Shown here in pieces: positions 33,286-45,252 of a stretch of 64,000 nucleotides of DNA; position 1 is the first letter of the stretch, and the number at the start of each line of letters is the position of its first letter. Under the pieces are notes generated by a model, which did not search any database, had not been told where the DNA came from, and saw only the letters and a program-made list of their open reading frames with translations. The stretch is from an uncultured delta proteobacterium (lineage in GTDB: Bacteria > Myxococcota_A > Polyangia > Haliangiales > Haliangiaceae): contig CAWKDB010000011.1 of the NCBI GenBank assembly GCA_963848295.1, positions 640,001 through 704,000 of the forward strand, in the 5' to 3' direction. Both the position numbers and the translations under genes were made by a program.

Positions 33286-34813
33286 TACTACGACGCCGCA
33301 CACCGAGCGCGGTTCCCGCGATCAACAGCAGCGTCACCACGCCGCTCGCGTCGCCGCTACCGTGACAGCCGCAACCGGACCGCAACGGAAGCGCGGCGGA
33401 CGGAGCCGGCGCGGTCACTCGAAGGCCGAGCTGCGGCAGGTCATGCACGACCGCGGTCTCGAGCTTGACCGCATCGCGCGGCGCGAACGCGACCCCGAGC
33501 GCGGCGATCGGCGTCGTGTCGCGACCGGCGAGTTGATCCGCGACGTCGGCGGGCGGTCCACCCCAGCGCCCGCGCTGCGGGCTCGTGCACGCGAGCGGGC
33601 CGGTCCACGCGTGGCGGATCGCGTAGCGCGCCTGAAAGTTGTTGTAGTCCGACGCCGCGAAGCCGGTCTTCATCTCGTTGAACCGCTGGTCGTGCTCGCG
33701 GCCGCCTTCGATCGGCGGCGCGCGCTCGAACACGAGGTCGGCGGTGATCTCGGGGCCGTAGCGCGCGTGCAGCCGGGTCAACACGAAGTCTTCGTTCTGG
33801 TACGCGCTCGGCAGTTGCGGCGTGCCGCCGAGCACGTCGGCGCCGAGCGTCTGAAAGTCGCTGTCGGTGAGCACCGGGCCCGGACACGGATCGCAGTTGC
33901 CGGCTTGCCACGAGTATTCGGTGACGACCGCGTGCGGATCGTGCTCGACCGTGCGATCGAACAGCGCCGCGTAGAACGCCGCGAAGTGATCCTTGACGAC
34001 CGGCTTGACGTCGAGGTTCGTCGGGATCGCGACGTTCGGATAGTTCGCGACGCGATAGCGCTGGTTCGGCGCGAGGATGTTGACGATCAGATCCTGGGTG
34101 CCGCTCGAGCTCGCGAGCCCGAGCCGGATCGGCAGCGAGAACTCTTCGCTGTCGTAGTGAAAGCGCAACGGCGACAGCGCCGCGCGCCCGTGCTCGAACT
34201 TGACCTTGTTCGGATCGACCTTCGCGACGAAGAACTTCGAGCCCGCCTCGACGTACGGCCGGAGCAACGGCTCGGCGCCCGCGGGGATCTGGTAGTGGTT
34301 CGCGCGCAACCAGTCGGCGAGCCCGGTCGCCTCCTTCGCCGACAGGATCACGATCTGGTATTCGCCTACCGTGAACCGCGCCTCGACCTTGACCGCCGCG
34401 CTGTTCTCGCTGGTCGCGACCATCGCCTGCGAGGTCACCGCCATCCCCGAGCCATAGGCGATCCCGTCGCCGGGCTCGTCGCGCGCACACGGATCCTGCT
34501 CCCAGTACTCGACGAGCCGCGGCGCGCCCATCAGCTCGACGTGATCGAACACGTCTTTCGGCAGCGTCCTGACGTCGCCCTCGTGCAGCACGACCGGCAC
34601 CGGGACGACGAGCGCGAATGCCTCGGGCGGCCCCTTGTAGTTGTTCTGCATCGACAGCACGGTCCGCGTGCCCTCGCGCATCAACACGACCTGGGTCGCG
34701 TCGTTGTACATGTGCTGATCCGAGCCGGCGACGTAGAACCCGCAGAACGCGTCGGCCTTGGCTGAAATCGTCACGAGCGCGGCGAATGTCGCGACGGCGA
34801 GTGTGGTCCTCAT
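33260..34813 (-). CDS. DUF2330 domain protein with a C-terminal MYXO-CTERM-like anchor (paralog 2)
   Basis: ADA-FCGFYV; SGCGC followed by a TM helix and RRR tail. Confidence 0.88.
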   Translation of the reverse strand: MRTTLAVATFAALVTISAKADAFCGFYVAGSDQHMYNDATQVVLMREGTRTVLSMQNNYKGPPEAFALVVPVPVVLHEGDVRTLPKDVFDHVELMGAPRLVEYWEQDPCARDEPGDGIAYGSGMAVTSQAMVATSENSAAVKVEARFTVGEYQIVILSAKEATGLADWLRANHYQIPAGAEPLLRPYVEAGSKFFVAKVDPNKVKFEHGRAALSPLRFHYDSEEFSLPIRLGLASSSGTQDLIVNILAPNQRYRVANYPNVAIPTNLDVKPVVKDHFAAFYAALFDRTVEHDPHAVVTEYSWQAGNCDPCPGPVLTDSDFQTLGADVLGGTPQLPSAYQNEDFVLTRLHARYGPEITADLVFERAPPIEGGREHDQRFNEMKTGFAASDYNNFQARYAIRHAWTGPLACTSPQRGRWGGPPADVADQLAGRDTTPIAALGVAFAPRDAVKLETAVVHDLPQLGLRVTAPAPSAALPLRSGCGCHGSGDASGVVTLLLIAGTALGVRRRSNRTAIRRR

Positions 34814-34867
34814 GTGCGGCCTTGGACCGCACGACCGCGCGCGATCTTGGCTCGTTCTTGGCGCGCC

Positions 34868-35680
34868 CTACGGGCAGGCGTAGAGCTGGAGCCACGACTC
34901 GAGCCGCTCGACCGCCGCGCCGCACTCGGCGCCGACGAGCTCGGCCGACGCCGCATCGTCGGTCTGCGCCCCGGTGAGCTGAAACGCGACGTCGTGGGCC
35001 GCGGTGCGCACCGCCGACGGCAACGCGGTGCATTGCTGCGCCCGCCCCGCGACCTGATGCAGCTTGCGACATTGCGGGCTGGTCGTCGGAGCCAGCACCG
35101 GCGCGCAGCCCGTGCGTTGCAGCTCGGCCTCGACCTTGGCCGCGCGCGAGTCGCATTGGGCCGCGACCTTGGTCAGCGCGTCGCCGCGCGCCGCGGACCA
35201 CGCGGCGCGTTGGTTGACGAGCTTGGCCGGCGCCTCGAGCGGGGCGTGGGTCGCGAGCTTCGTGCAGCGCGCTTCGATCCGCGCCCAGCCGACGAGCCGA
35301 TCGCACGCGGCGATCCCGGTCGTCTCGCGGGTCAGCGCCGCGCGCACGGTGCAGCCCGAGTCGTAATCGATCGCGAGCTCCACCGCGTTCGGCTTGCTCT
35401 GCGTCACGTGGACCGCGATATCGCCGTCTTGCGCCGACATCCCCGCATCGCCCTCGACCAACGACAACGCGCGCAGCGCCCCGCCCGCGGGCGCGAGATC
35501 GAGCGCGAGCGCGCCGTCGACCGCATCGATCGCGAGCGTCGCCGTGGGGTGCCCGGCCGCGGCGCAGCTCCCCCAGCGCAGCTTGCCCTGCCAATCGCCG
35601 ACCCAATCACTCCACTTCGGCGGGGCGGCGGACGCCGTACCCACGAGCAGCACGAGCCCTGCGAGCGCGATTCGCATCAC
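34868..35680 (-). CDS. Secreted Cys-rich hypothetical protein
   Basis: Signal peptide ending ASA; multiple Cys residues. Confidence 0.6.
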   Translation of the reverse strand: MMRIALAGLVLLVGTASAAPPKWSDWVGDWQGKLRWGSCAAAGHPTATLAIDAVDGALALDLAPAGGALRALSLVEGDAGMSAQDGDIAVHVTQSKPNAVELAIDYDSGCTVRAALTRETTGIAACDRLVGWARIEARCTKLATHAPLEAPAKLVNQRAAWSAARGDALTKVAAQCDSRAAKVEAELQRTGCAPVLAPTTSPQCRKLHQVAGRAQQCTALPSAVRTAAHDVAFQLTGAQTDDAASAELVGAECGAAVERLESWLQLYACP

Positions 35681-35709
35681 CGCAGTGTGCCACGCTCGGG
35701 CAGCGTCGC

Positions 35710-37062
35710 CTACTCGTCAGCTTCGATCGGCGTGCGCTGCTTGCCGCGCGACGTCACGAGAAACACCCCGGTGCCGACCGCGAGCACGCCCGCGATCTCG
35801 GCACTGAGCCTCGGATCTCCGGAAACGCCGAAAATCACGGTCCACACCGACAGCGCGATGAACAGCAGCGGCGTGATCGGGTAGCCCGGCATTCGAAACG
35901 CCCCCACCTGAGCGCGGCGGCGGAACACGAACAGCGCACCGACCGTGAGTGCCGCGAACGCTGCGAGGGTGAAGCCCACGAGTCGGATCAGCGCGTCTGG
36001 ATCGCTGAAGATCGCGAACCCGATCGCGAGCACGCACTGGACGACGACCGCGACGACCGGCACGCCCCGCTTCGAGTAGTACGCCAGCGGCTTGGGCAGC
36101 GCGTGATCCGCGGCCATCGTCGCGTAGACCCGCGGCCCCGCCATCATCATCGCGCTGACCGCCGACATCAGCGCGATCGCGATCACCGAGCTCAGCAGAT
36201 CGCCAGCTTCGGGACCGAACAACGCGCGCGACGCGATCGCGCCGACCGGTTGATGGACGGGATCGACCGCCATCGCATCCGGCGTCACCGCGTAGAGGAA
36301 CACCAGGTTGACCAGGATGTAGAGTACCATCACGCTGACGGTGCCGAGCAACAGCGCACGAGGCAGCGTGCGTTGCGGGTGTTCGATCTCGCCCGCGATG
36401 TACGCGGCGGCGTTCCAACCGGAGTACGCGAAGCTGACGTACATCAGCGCCGTCGCGTAGTTCGCGGCGCCGGCACGCGTGCCGAGCTGGGTCAGGCCAT
36501 CGCCGCGGGAGGCGAAGTGACTCCAGTCGCCGTTGCCGGTCGAGAACCCGGCGACGATGAACACGACGATCACGAGCACCTTGATGATCGTGAAGTACGT
36601 CTGGACGCGACCGCCGAGCTTCGTATCGAACGCGTGCAGCGCGGTCATCGCCAGGATCAAGCCGCACGCGAGGAGCTTCATCGCGGCCCCGCCGGCGACC
36701 GCAGGCCACAACACGCCGAGGTACGACGCGAACAACAGCGCCGCCGCCGCGATCGGCGCCGAGAACCCGATGATCAGCGAGACCCAGCCGCTCATGAACC
36801 CGACGGCCGGGTGATAGGCCTCGCGCAAGTAGACGTACTCGCCACCGGCGTGCGGCATGAGCGAGCCGAGCTCGGCGTAGGCCGCGGCGCCGCACAGCGC
36901 GATCACGCCGCCGACGACCCACGTCGACATCATCGTCAACGGATCTTTGAACGAGTACGCCGCTTGGAACCCGGCGCTCGTGAACACGCCGGAGCCGATC
37001 ATGTTCGCGATGACGATCGACGCCGCGATCGCCACGCCGAGCTGGCGTTTAGGCGGGGTCAC
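35710..37062 (-). CDS. APC-family amino acid permease
   Basis: MIGSGVF, YAELGSLMPHAGGEYVYL and FAYSGWN. Confidence 0.92.
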   Translation of the reverse strand: MTPPKRQLGVAIAASIVIANMIGSGVFTSAGFQAAYSFKDPLTMMSTWVVGGVIALCGAAAYAELGSLMPHAGGEYVYLREAYHPAVGFMSGWVSLIIGFSAPIAAAALLFASYLGVLWPAVAGGAAMKLLACGLILAMTALHAFDTKLGGRVQTYFTIIKVLVIVVFIVAGFSTGNGDWSHFASRGDGLTQLGTRAGAANYATALMYVSFAYSGWNAAAYIAGEIEHPQRTLPRALLLGTVSVMVLYILVNLVFLYAVTPDAMAVDPVHQPVGAIASRALFGPEAGDLLSSVIAIALMSAVSAMMMAGPRVYATMAADHALPKPLAYYSKRGVPVVAVVVQCVLAIGFAIFSDPDALIRLVGFTLAAFAALTVGALFVFRRRAQVGAFRMPGYPITPLLFIALSVWTVIFGVSGDPRLSAEIAGVLAVGTGVFLVTSRGKQRTPIEADE

Positions 37063-37068
37063 GCCCGG

Positions 37069-38117
37069 TTACCGCATGCTGCGATCGAGAAACGCGAGGG
37101 CGTCGCGCCAACAACGGCGCGCAGACGGCTCCCACACGAGCGCGTGAAACGCATGAATCCCGCCGGGGTAATAACGCGCTTCGCACGGGACGTTGAGCGT
37201 CGCGAGCGCCTTTTCGAGCCGGCGGGTATCGTCGAGCAGCGGATCGCGCGTGCCGACCGGCGCGAAGAACGGCGGCAGTGGGCGGGCGAACGCCGGATCG
37301 CCACCTGCGGCGACGGTGTCGGCCGCGCGCTCGAGCAGCCGGAGCGGATCGGCGAGCTCGGTGGCCTGACCCGGCGCGACGCCATGCAGGTAAGACGCCG
37401 ACGCGTCCCGGATCATTTCATCGACCAGCTTCGGCAGGCGGCGGCGCTGGCCGAACCGCTCCGGCCGCGAGACTTCGAGCATGCCGCAGAACGGCATCAC
37501 CGCGCGCGGCACCATCCCGGTCGCTCGCACCGCCCTGGCCCACGGCTCGGGGCGATCGAGGCAGCTCGCGAGCGCGAGCGACGTGATCAGGTTCGCACCG
37601 GCGGACTCGCCGGCGACCGCGACGCGATCGGGATCGCCGCCGAGCTCGACGACGCGCTCGGCGAGCCAGGTGTAGGCGCGGCACGTATCTTCGATCGCGG
37701 CGGGATAGGGATGCTTCGGCGCGAGCCGATAGCTGATGTTGATCACGAGGTAACCGAACCGCGCGAACACCAGGCCCATCAGCCAGTGCGTGTCCTTCGA
37801 TAACAAGTGAAACGCGCCGCCGTGGACGTAGAGCACCACCGGCCACGGCCCGGGGCGATGGACCGGGCGATAGATGTCGAGCTGGTGAAACTCGGGATCG
37901 GGCCCGTACTGGATATCGGACACGACCTCGACGCCGTGACGGCGCGGCGAGGCCGCCGGATGCAACCGACCGGTCGCGGCGAGCGACTCGAAGAACGCCG
38001 ATGCGGCAAAGCTGCGAGCGCGCCGCCACAGCGTGTCGCGGTAACGCTTCGTCGCCGGCGGGCGAGCCGTAGCTTCGGGCTCGATGGAACGGGCTAACGA
38101 TCGCTTGTCCTCGAGGC

Positions 38118-38121
<4 letters not shown>
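37069..38121 (-). CDS. Alpha/beta hydrolase (HSL-like esterase/lipase)
   Basis: HGGAF, GESAG nucleophile, DPL and HAF. Confidence 0.92.
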
Positions 38122-39284
<1,163 letters not shown>

Positions 39285-39376
39285 GGCGGGTTGCGATCGG
39301 GAACCGCCCTAGGCGGCCGACGAATTCCCGGACCGTGTACGAGAACGTGGCACGTACACGTCCACGATCTCCGGAA

Positions 39377-40325
39377 TTAGTGATGCGCTGCCAGGAAGTG
39401 CTCGGCCTCGAGCGCGGCCATGCAGCCCGAGCCGGCGGCGGTGATCGCCTGGCGATACTTCTTGTCCTGAACATCACCGGCCGCGAACACGCCCGGTACC
39501 GAGGTCTGGGTCGTGCCCGGGGTGGTCACGACGTAGCCCTGGTCGTCGCAGGCGAGCTGGCCGCCGAGGAACGCGGTGTTCGGCACGTGCCCGATCGCGA
39601 AGAACAAGCCGGCCGCGGGGATCGTCCGCTCGGTCTTGGCCTTGAGATCCTCGACGCGCACCGTCTCGACCGCGTGGCCGCCTTCGACGACGACGACCCG
39701 ATGCGACAGGAGCATCTCGATCTTCGGGTTGTCCTTCGCGCGTTGCTGCATGATCGCGGAGGCTCGCAGCTCGTCGCGGCGGTGCACGATGTAGACCTTC
39801 GACGCGAACTTCGTCAGGAAGCTCGCTTCTTCCATCGCCGAATCGCCACCGCCGATCACGAACAGCGCGCTGATTGCGAAACATCGGCAGCGCGCCGTCG
39901 CACACCGCGCACGCCGAAACGCCCTTTTGCCAGAGCTCGCCGTCGCGCGTCCCCGGGACGTCGTCGCGCTTCGCGGTCGCACCGGTCGCGATGATCAGCG
40001 CGCGCGCCTCGCCCTCTTGTTCGTCGGTCTTGTAGCGAAACGGCCGGCGCGACAGATCGACCTGCGCCACGGTCTCGGTGAAGATCCGGGTGCCGAACCG
40101 CTCCGACTGCGCGCGAAACCTCTCGCACAGCTCCGGGCCGGTGATGCCCTCGGGGAACCCGGGGAAGTTCTCGACGTCGGTCGTCGTGGTCAGCTGACCA
40201 CCGGCGGCGATGCCACCCGCGAGGAAGCCCTCGAACAGCAGCGGGGTGAGGTTCGCGCGGGCGGCGTAGATCGCCGCGGTGTGGGCCGCCGGGCCACTTC
40301 CGATGATCACCACGTTCTCGGCCAT
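39377..40325 (-). CDS. trxB: Thioredoxin reductase, with a +1 frameshift near 39868 (probably a sequence error)
   Basis: [18 protein letters not shown] and CAVC active site in one frame; GGGDSA...GVFAAGD in the next. Confidence 0.92.
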
Positions 40326-40428
40326 CGCCTGGTTCTTAGCCCGAGCCGGCGCGAGACACACCCGGCCGAGGCGTTTTTTCGCCGACGGCAGTGGAGCCGG
40401 GCGCGCGGGAGGTGGATCCTACGGCGCG

Positions 40429-41121
40429 ATGGAGATCGCCAGCCTCGCCCAGCTCACCGCCGCTCACCGGCGTCACGACGAGGTGATCGCAGGGCTGATC
40501 GCCGCTTCGCGCCGGCTCGCCGCCGGCCGCCCCGACAACGGCGATCTCGACCTCGTCCGTGGCGCGGTCGCCTACTTCGAGCGAGACGTGCCGCTGCATT
40601 TCCTCGACGAGGAGGGCTCGTTGTTCCCGCGGTTGTCGACCCGGCGGCCCGAGCTCGCCGAGACGCTCGCGAGCCTTTCGGCCGAGCACCCCACCCAGAT
40701 CGAGATGCACGTCGCGGTGATCGGCGCGGCGGCGCAATTCGACTCCCGCGGTCAGTCGGCGAGCCCGGCGGGCGCAGGCAAGGCGCTGCTCGAGGCGGCC
40801 GAACGGCTCGCCTCCGCCCACCATGCCCACATCTCGCGCGAAGAGGCGGTCGTGGGCGGAGCGCGCGACGCGCTGACTCCGGAGGATGATGCCGAGATCG
40901 TCGCGGAGATGGTGACCCGCCGCGACCGCGACAAGCCGGTCGTCCGCAGGCCCGCCCCCAGACCGACGGCGCGGATGACGACCAAGCGCGCCGCGAAGCG
41001 CGCGACGACGTCGAAGCCGAAGCCCAAGCTGAAGGCGAAGACGCGCGGTGCGAAGCCGCCCGTCAAGCGAGGCGCGAAGCCGAAGGCCAAGCGAGGCGCG
41101 AAGTCGAAGCGCCGCCGCTAG
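40429..41121 (+). CDS. Hemerythrin-like (HHE) domain protein with a basic histone-like tail
   Basis: H...HFLDEEGSLFP...EH...HISREE; K/R/A/P-rich C-terminus. Confidence 0.8.
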   Translation: MEIASLAQLTAAHRRHDEVIAGLIAASRRLAAGRPDNGDLDLVRGAVAYFERDVPLHFLDEEGSLFPRLSTRRPELAETLASLSAEHPTQIEMHVAVIGAAAQFDSRGQSASPAGAGKALLEAAERLASAHHAHISREEAVVGGARDALTPEDDAEIVAEMVTRRDRDKPVVRRPAPRPTARMTTKRAAKRATTSKPKPKLKAKTRGAKPPVKRGAKPKAKRGAKSKRRR

Positions 41122-41139
41122 CGAAGCGAGCCAACCGGA

Positions 41140-42303
41140 TCAGCTCTTGGCTTTGGCGTCGGCGGCGTCGGGACCTTTGGCGTCGGGCTTCGCGGCGCTC
41201 TTCGCCGGCTTCGCGTCGGCCTTGTCGGCTTTCGCGTCCTTGACGTCGGCCGCGTCCTTGGCCGCGGATTGCTTCGCGGCCGCCGCCTCTTCGTTGAGGA
41301 TCAGCTTCAGTCGGCGCTGTGCCTCGCCCGAGGTCGGCGCGACGGTCTCGGCAGGCTTGCCGTTCTTCATCACGCGCAAGGCGACGTAGATCGCGCCGGC
41401 GAAGGCGAGCAGCGACGCCCACTGCGCGAACGTCATGTTCAGGTAGCGCGGATCGGTCTCGTTCGGGCGCAGGAACTCGAGGAAGAACCGCACCGGCGGG
41501 TAGAGGACGCCGAGGAACACCGGGATCAGGCCCGCGTTGAGCCGCTTCTTCGAGCGGAACGCCAGCCACAGGAGCAGCGCGTTGACCGGGATGAGATAGA
41601 GCAGCTCGATGAGGCCCAGGTTCCACGCGCGGATCATGTGGTCGTGGACCAGCCCGGTGTGGTTGATCGCGTCGATCTGGACGAGGTGGTCGATCGGCCC
41701 GCCGGGGTTGCCGAAGTTCGTCGGATAGTCGACGCCGAGCCACGCGTACCACTTCGACAGGTCGACCGCGCTGCCGATGTGATCGCTGACCACGCTGCAG
41801 CCGATCCGACCGATCGAGAACGCGGGCAGGAAGCCCAGGATCACGGTGTCGGCCATCAGCCGCACCGGCAGCCGCTTCCACCACACGTACGCGAAGAACC
41901 CGATCGCGCCGCCGATGAACCCGCCGTACGACGAGATGCCATCCCACAGCCGCAGCACGAGCGGCCAGTTCGACGGCCACAGCTGAACGCCCAGCGGCCA
42001 CCAGCTCGCCGGCTGGACGATGATCGAGGCCTCGGTGTGGTACGCGAGCGCGTCGAGCTCGTGCGCGCCGAGGAAGCCGAACGCCATCACCCACCAGGTC
42101 AGCCGGCGGATGTGCTCGTCGGACACGCCGTGCCACTCGGCATAACGGCGCAGAATCGCCGCGCCGATCAACACGCCGACCGCGACGATGAGGCCGAACC
42201 ACTGGATCGCGCCGATCACGCTGCCGGCGTGAAAATAGTCGTAAGGCAGCTTCGACGCGACCGACGAGATGGCCGCGGACATCATCAGGGCGACGGCGTA
42301 CAT
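41140..42303 (-). CDS. lgt: Prolipoprotein diacylglyceryl transferase
   Basis: LWDGISSYGGFIGG, IGRIGC...DH.G and RFFLEFLR. Confidence 0.88.
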   Translation of the reverse strand: MYAVALMMSAAISSVASKLPYDYFHAGSVIGAIQWFGLIVAVGVLIGAAILRRYAEWHGVSDEHIRRLTWWVMAFGFLGAHELDALAYHTEASIIVQPASWWPLGVQLWPSNWPLVLRLWDGISSYGGFIGGAIGFFAYVWWKRLPVRLMADTVILGFLPAFSIGRIGCSVVSDHIGSAVDLSKWYAWLGVDYPTNFGNPGGPIDHLVQIDAINHTGLVHDHMIRAWNLGLIELLYLIPVNALLLWLAFRSKKRLNAGLIPVFLGVLYPPVRFFLEFLRPNETDPRYLNMTFAQWASLLAFAGAIYVALRVMKNGKPAETVAPTSGEAQRRLKLILNEEAAAAKQSAAKDAADVKDAKADKADAKPAKSAAKPDAKGPDAADAKAKS

Positions 42304-42369
42304 GCGGCCGAGAGCCTACACCACAGCCGCCGGTCACGCCCGCGAGCTTGCACGCGGGCAAGACGCGCT

Positions 42370-42552
42370 ATGATTCGCTACGTGATCTGGGCCCCGTTCG
42401 TGCTCGCCCTCGTGCTCGGCCTCGTCGTCTCGGCCGGGCTTTACTTCGCGTACTTGTGGCCGCAGGTCGAGCCCGACGAGCCGGCCGGCGATCCACCGGC
42501 GGACTCCGCCCCGGCCAAACCCGCCGCCGAGGTCAGCGCGGAGCCGTCGTGA
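42370..42552 (+). CDS. Small single-TM protein
   Basis: MIRYVIWAPFVLAL..., one TM helix and an acidic tail; stop overlaps the next start (GTGA). Confidence 0.55.
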   Translation: MIRYVIWAPFVLALVLGLVVSAGLYFAYLWPQVEPDEPAGDPPADSAPAKPAAEVSAEPS

Positions 42553-43901
42553 TTTGCCGCGCGGTCGCGATCGGGGTCGCGGTCGCGCTCGCCGTGCCGG
42601 CGCATGCGGAGCCGGGCTCGGTCGTCCGCGTCGAGGAGCACGACGTGAACTCCCCCCCGAGTCGCGGCCCGAAAATCGCGCCCGTGACGGTCGAGATGTT
42701 CTTCTTGCCGACCAAGAGCTCGAAGCAAGCGTACCTGCGCGTCGAGAAGCTGCAGGCCGAGCATCCGAGCCGCATCCGCCTGCTCTACCGCGTGATCGGC
42801 CGCGAGCGGTTGCCGTCGGCGGTGCTCGAGGCGTACGCCGAGGGCCTGTTCTTCGAGCTGATGGCGGTGCTCGACGACCCCACCGTGTCGCTGCCGTCGG
42901 CGATGCCCGACGACCGGATCATCGAGATCTGCCGCCGCGCCGGCGTCGATCCCGCGCGGGTCGCCGACGCGATCCAGCGCGAGCCGTTCGACGACGTGAT
43001 CGTCGCGAACCAGCAGCGCGAGGTCCAGCGCATTCCCGGGGCATCGCAATCGCCGATCTTCCAGGTGTGGTTCAACGGCCAGCCGAAGAGCTTCAGCGAC
43101 GATGCCAGCCTCGAGCGCGCCTACGTCGAAGCCTACGACCACGCGACCGACCTGCTCGCTCGCGGCGTCGCCCCCGAAGCGCTGTTCGACACGCTCGATG
43201 CCGAAGCGGCGGTCCGCGACGGGCCGTTCCAACGCGGCGAGACCGATTGGGCCGACACCGACAACCCGGACGAGACGCTCGCCTCGCCGCCCCTGGACCT
43301 CCACGGCCTACCGTCGTATGGCGCCGCCGATGCCGCGCTGACGATCGCGGTGCTGTGCGATCCGGGCAGGACGAACTGCGCGTCGGCGCGCAACGCGGCT
43401 CAGATGGTCGCCTACAACGCGCCCACCCGGGTGCGTGTCGTCTGGCAGCCGTTCTTCGATCCCGCCGACCCGCATACCACCGAGGTCGGCCTGCTCGGCG
43501 ATGCCGCGCTGTGCGCGGAACAGCTCGGGACGAACAGCGACGACGCGCGCGGCAACGAGTCCGCCGGGTGGACGTGGCTCAGGCAGGTCGCGGTGGAATC
43601 GAGTCAACGCAGTCGCCACGTCTCGGGCGAGACGATGATGGATCGCATCGCGGACCGCTTGGGGATCGACGGCCGCAAGCTCGCCGCATGCCGCGCGCGG
43701 ATCGCCGGCACGACCGTGACCCGGATCGAGGCCGCGCGGGCCTCGGGCGTGCGCACCTCGCCGGCCACGGTGGTTGGAGGCCGGATCTATCCTCCGATCG
43801 TCGACCCTGCGGCGCTGCAAGGGCTGGTCGAGCGCGAGCTCGCTCCCGGCGTGCTCGACAGCGCGGCGCCGTGGACCCATCCCGCGCGGCCGTTGCCCTA
43901 G
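42549..43901 (+). CDS. Secreted tandem DsbA/thioredoxin-fold protein lacking canonical CxxC motifs
   Basis: PSRGPKIAPVTVEMF and PSYGAADAALTIAV Thioredoxin_4-like starts; GVRTSPATVVGGR cis-Pro loop. Confidence 0.75.
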   Translation: MICRAVAIGVAVALAVPAHAEPGSVVRVEEHDVNSPPSRGPKIAPVTVEMFFLPTKSSKQAYLRVEKLQAEHPSRIRLLYRVIGRERLPSAVLEAYAEGLFFELMAVLDDPTVSLPSAMPDDRIIEICRRAGVDPARVADAIQREPFDDVIVANQQREVQRIPGASQSPIFQVWFNGQPKSFSDDASLERAYVEAYDHATDLLARGVAPEALFDTLDAEAAVRDGPFQRGETDWADTDNPDETLASPPLDLHGLPSYGAADAALTIAVLCDPGRTNCASARNAAQMVAYNAPTRVRVVWQPFFDPADPHTTEVGLLGDAALCAEQLGTNSDDARGNESAGWTWLRQVAVESSQRSRHVSGETMMDRIADRLGIDGRKLAACRARIAGTTVTRIEAARASGVRTSPATVVGGRIYPPIVDPAALQGLVERELAPGVLDSAAPWTHPARPLP

Positions 43902-43943
43902 GTGCGTTGACCCCCTCGCGGCAGCGTGTTACCCGAAGAAGGG

Positions 43944-45243
<1,300 letters not shown>

Positions 45244-45252
45244 CAAACTCGG

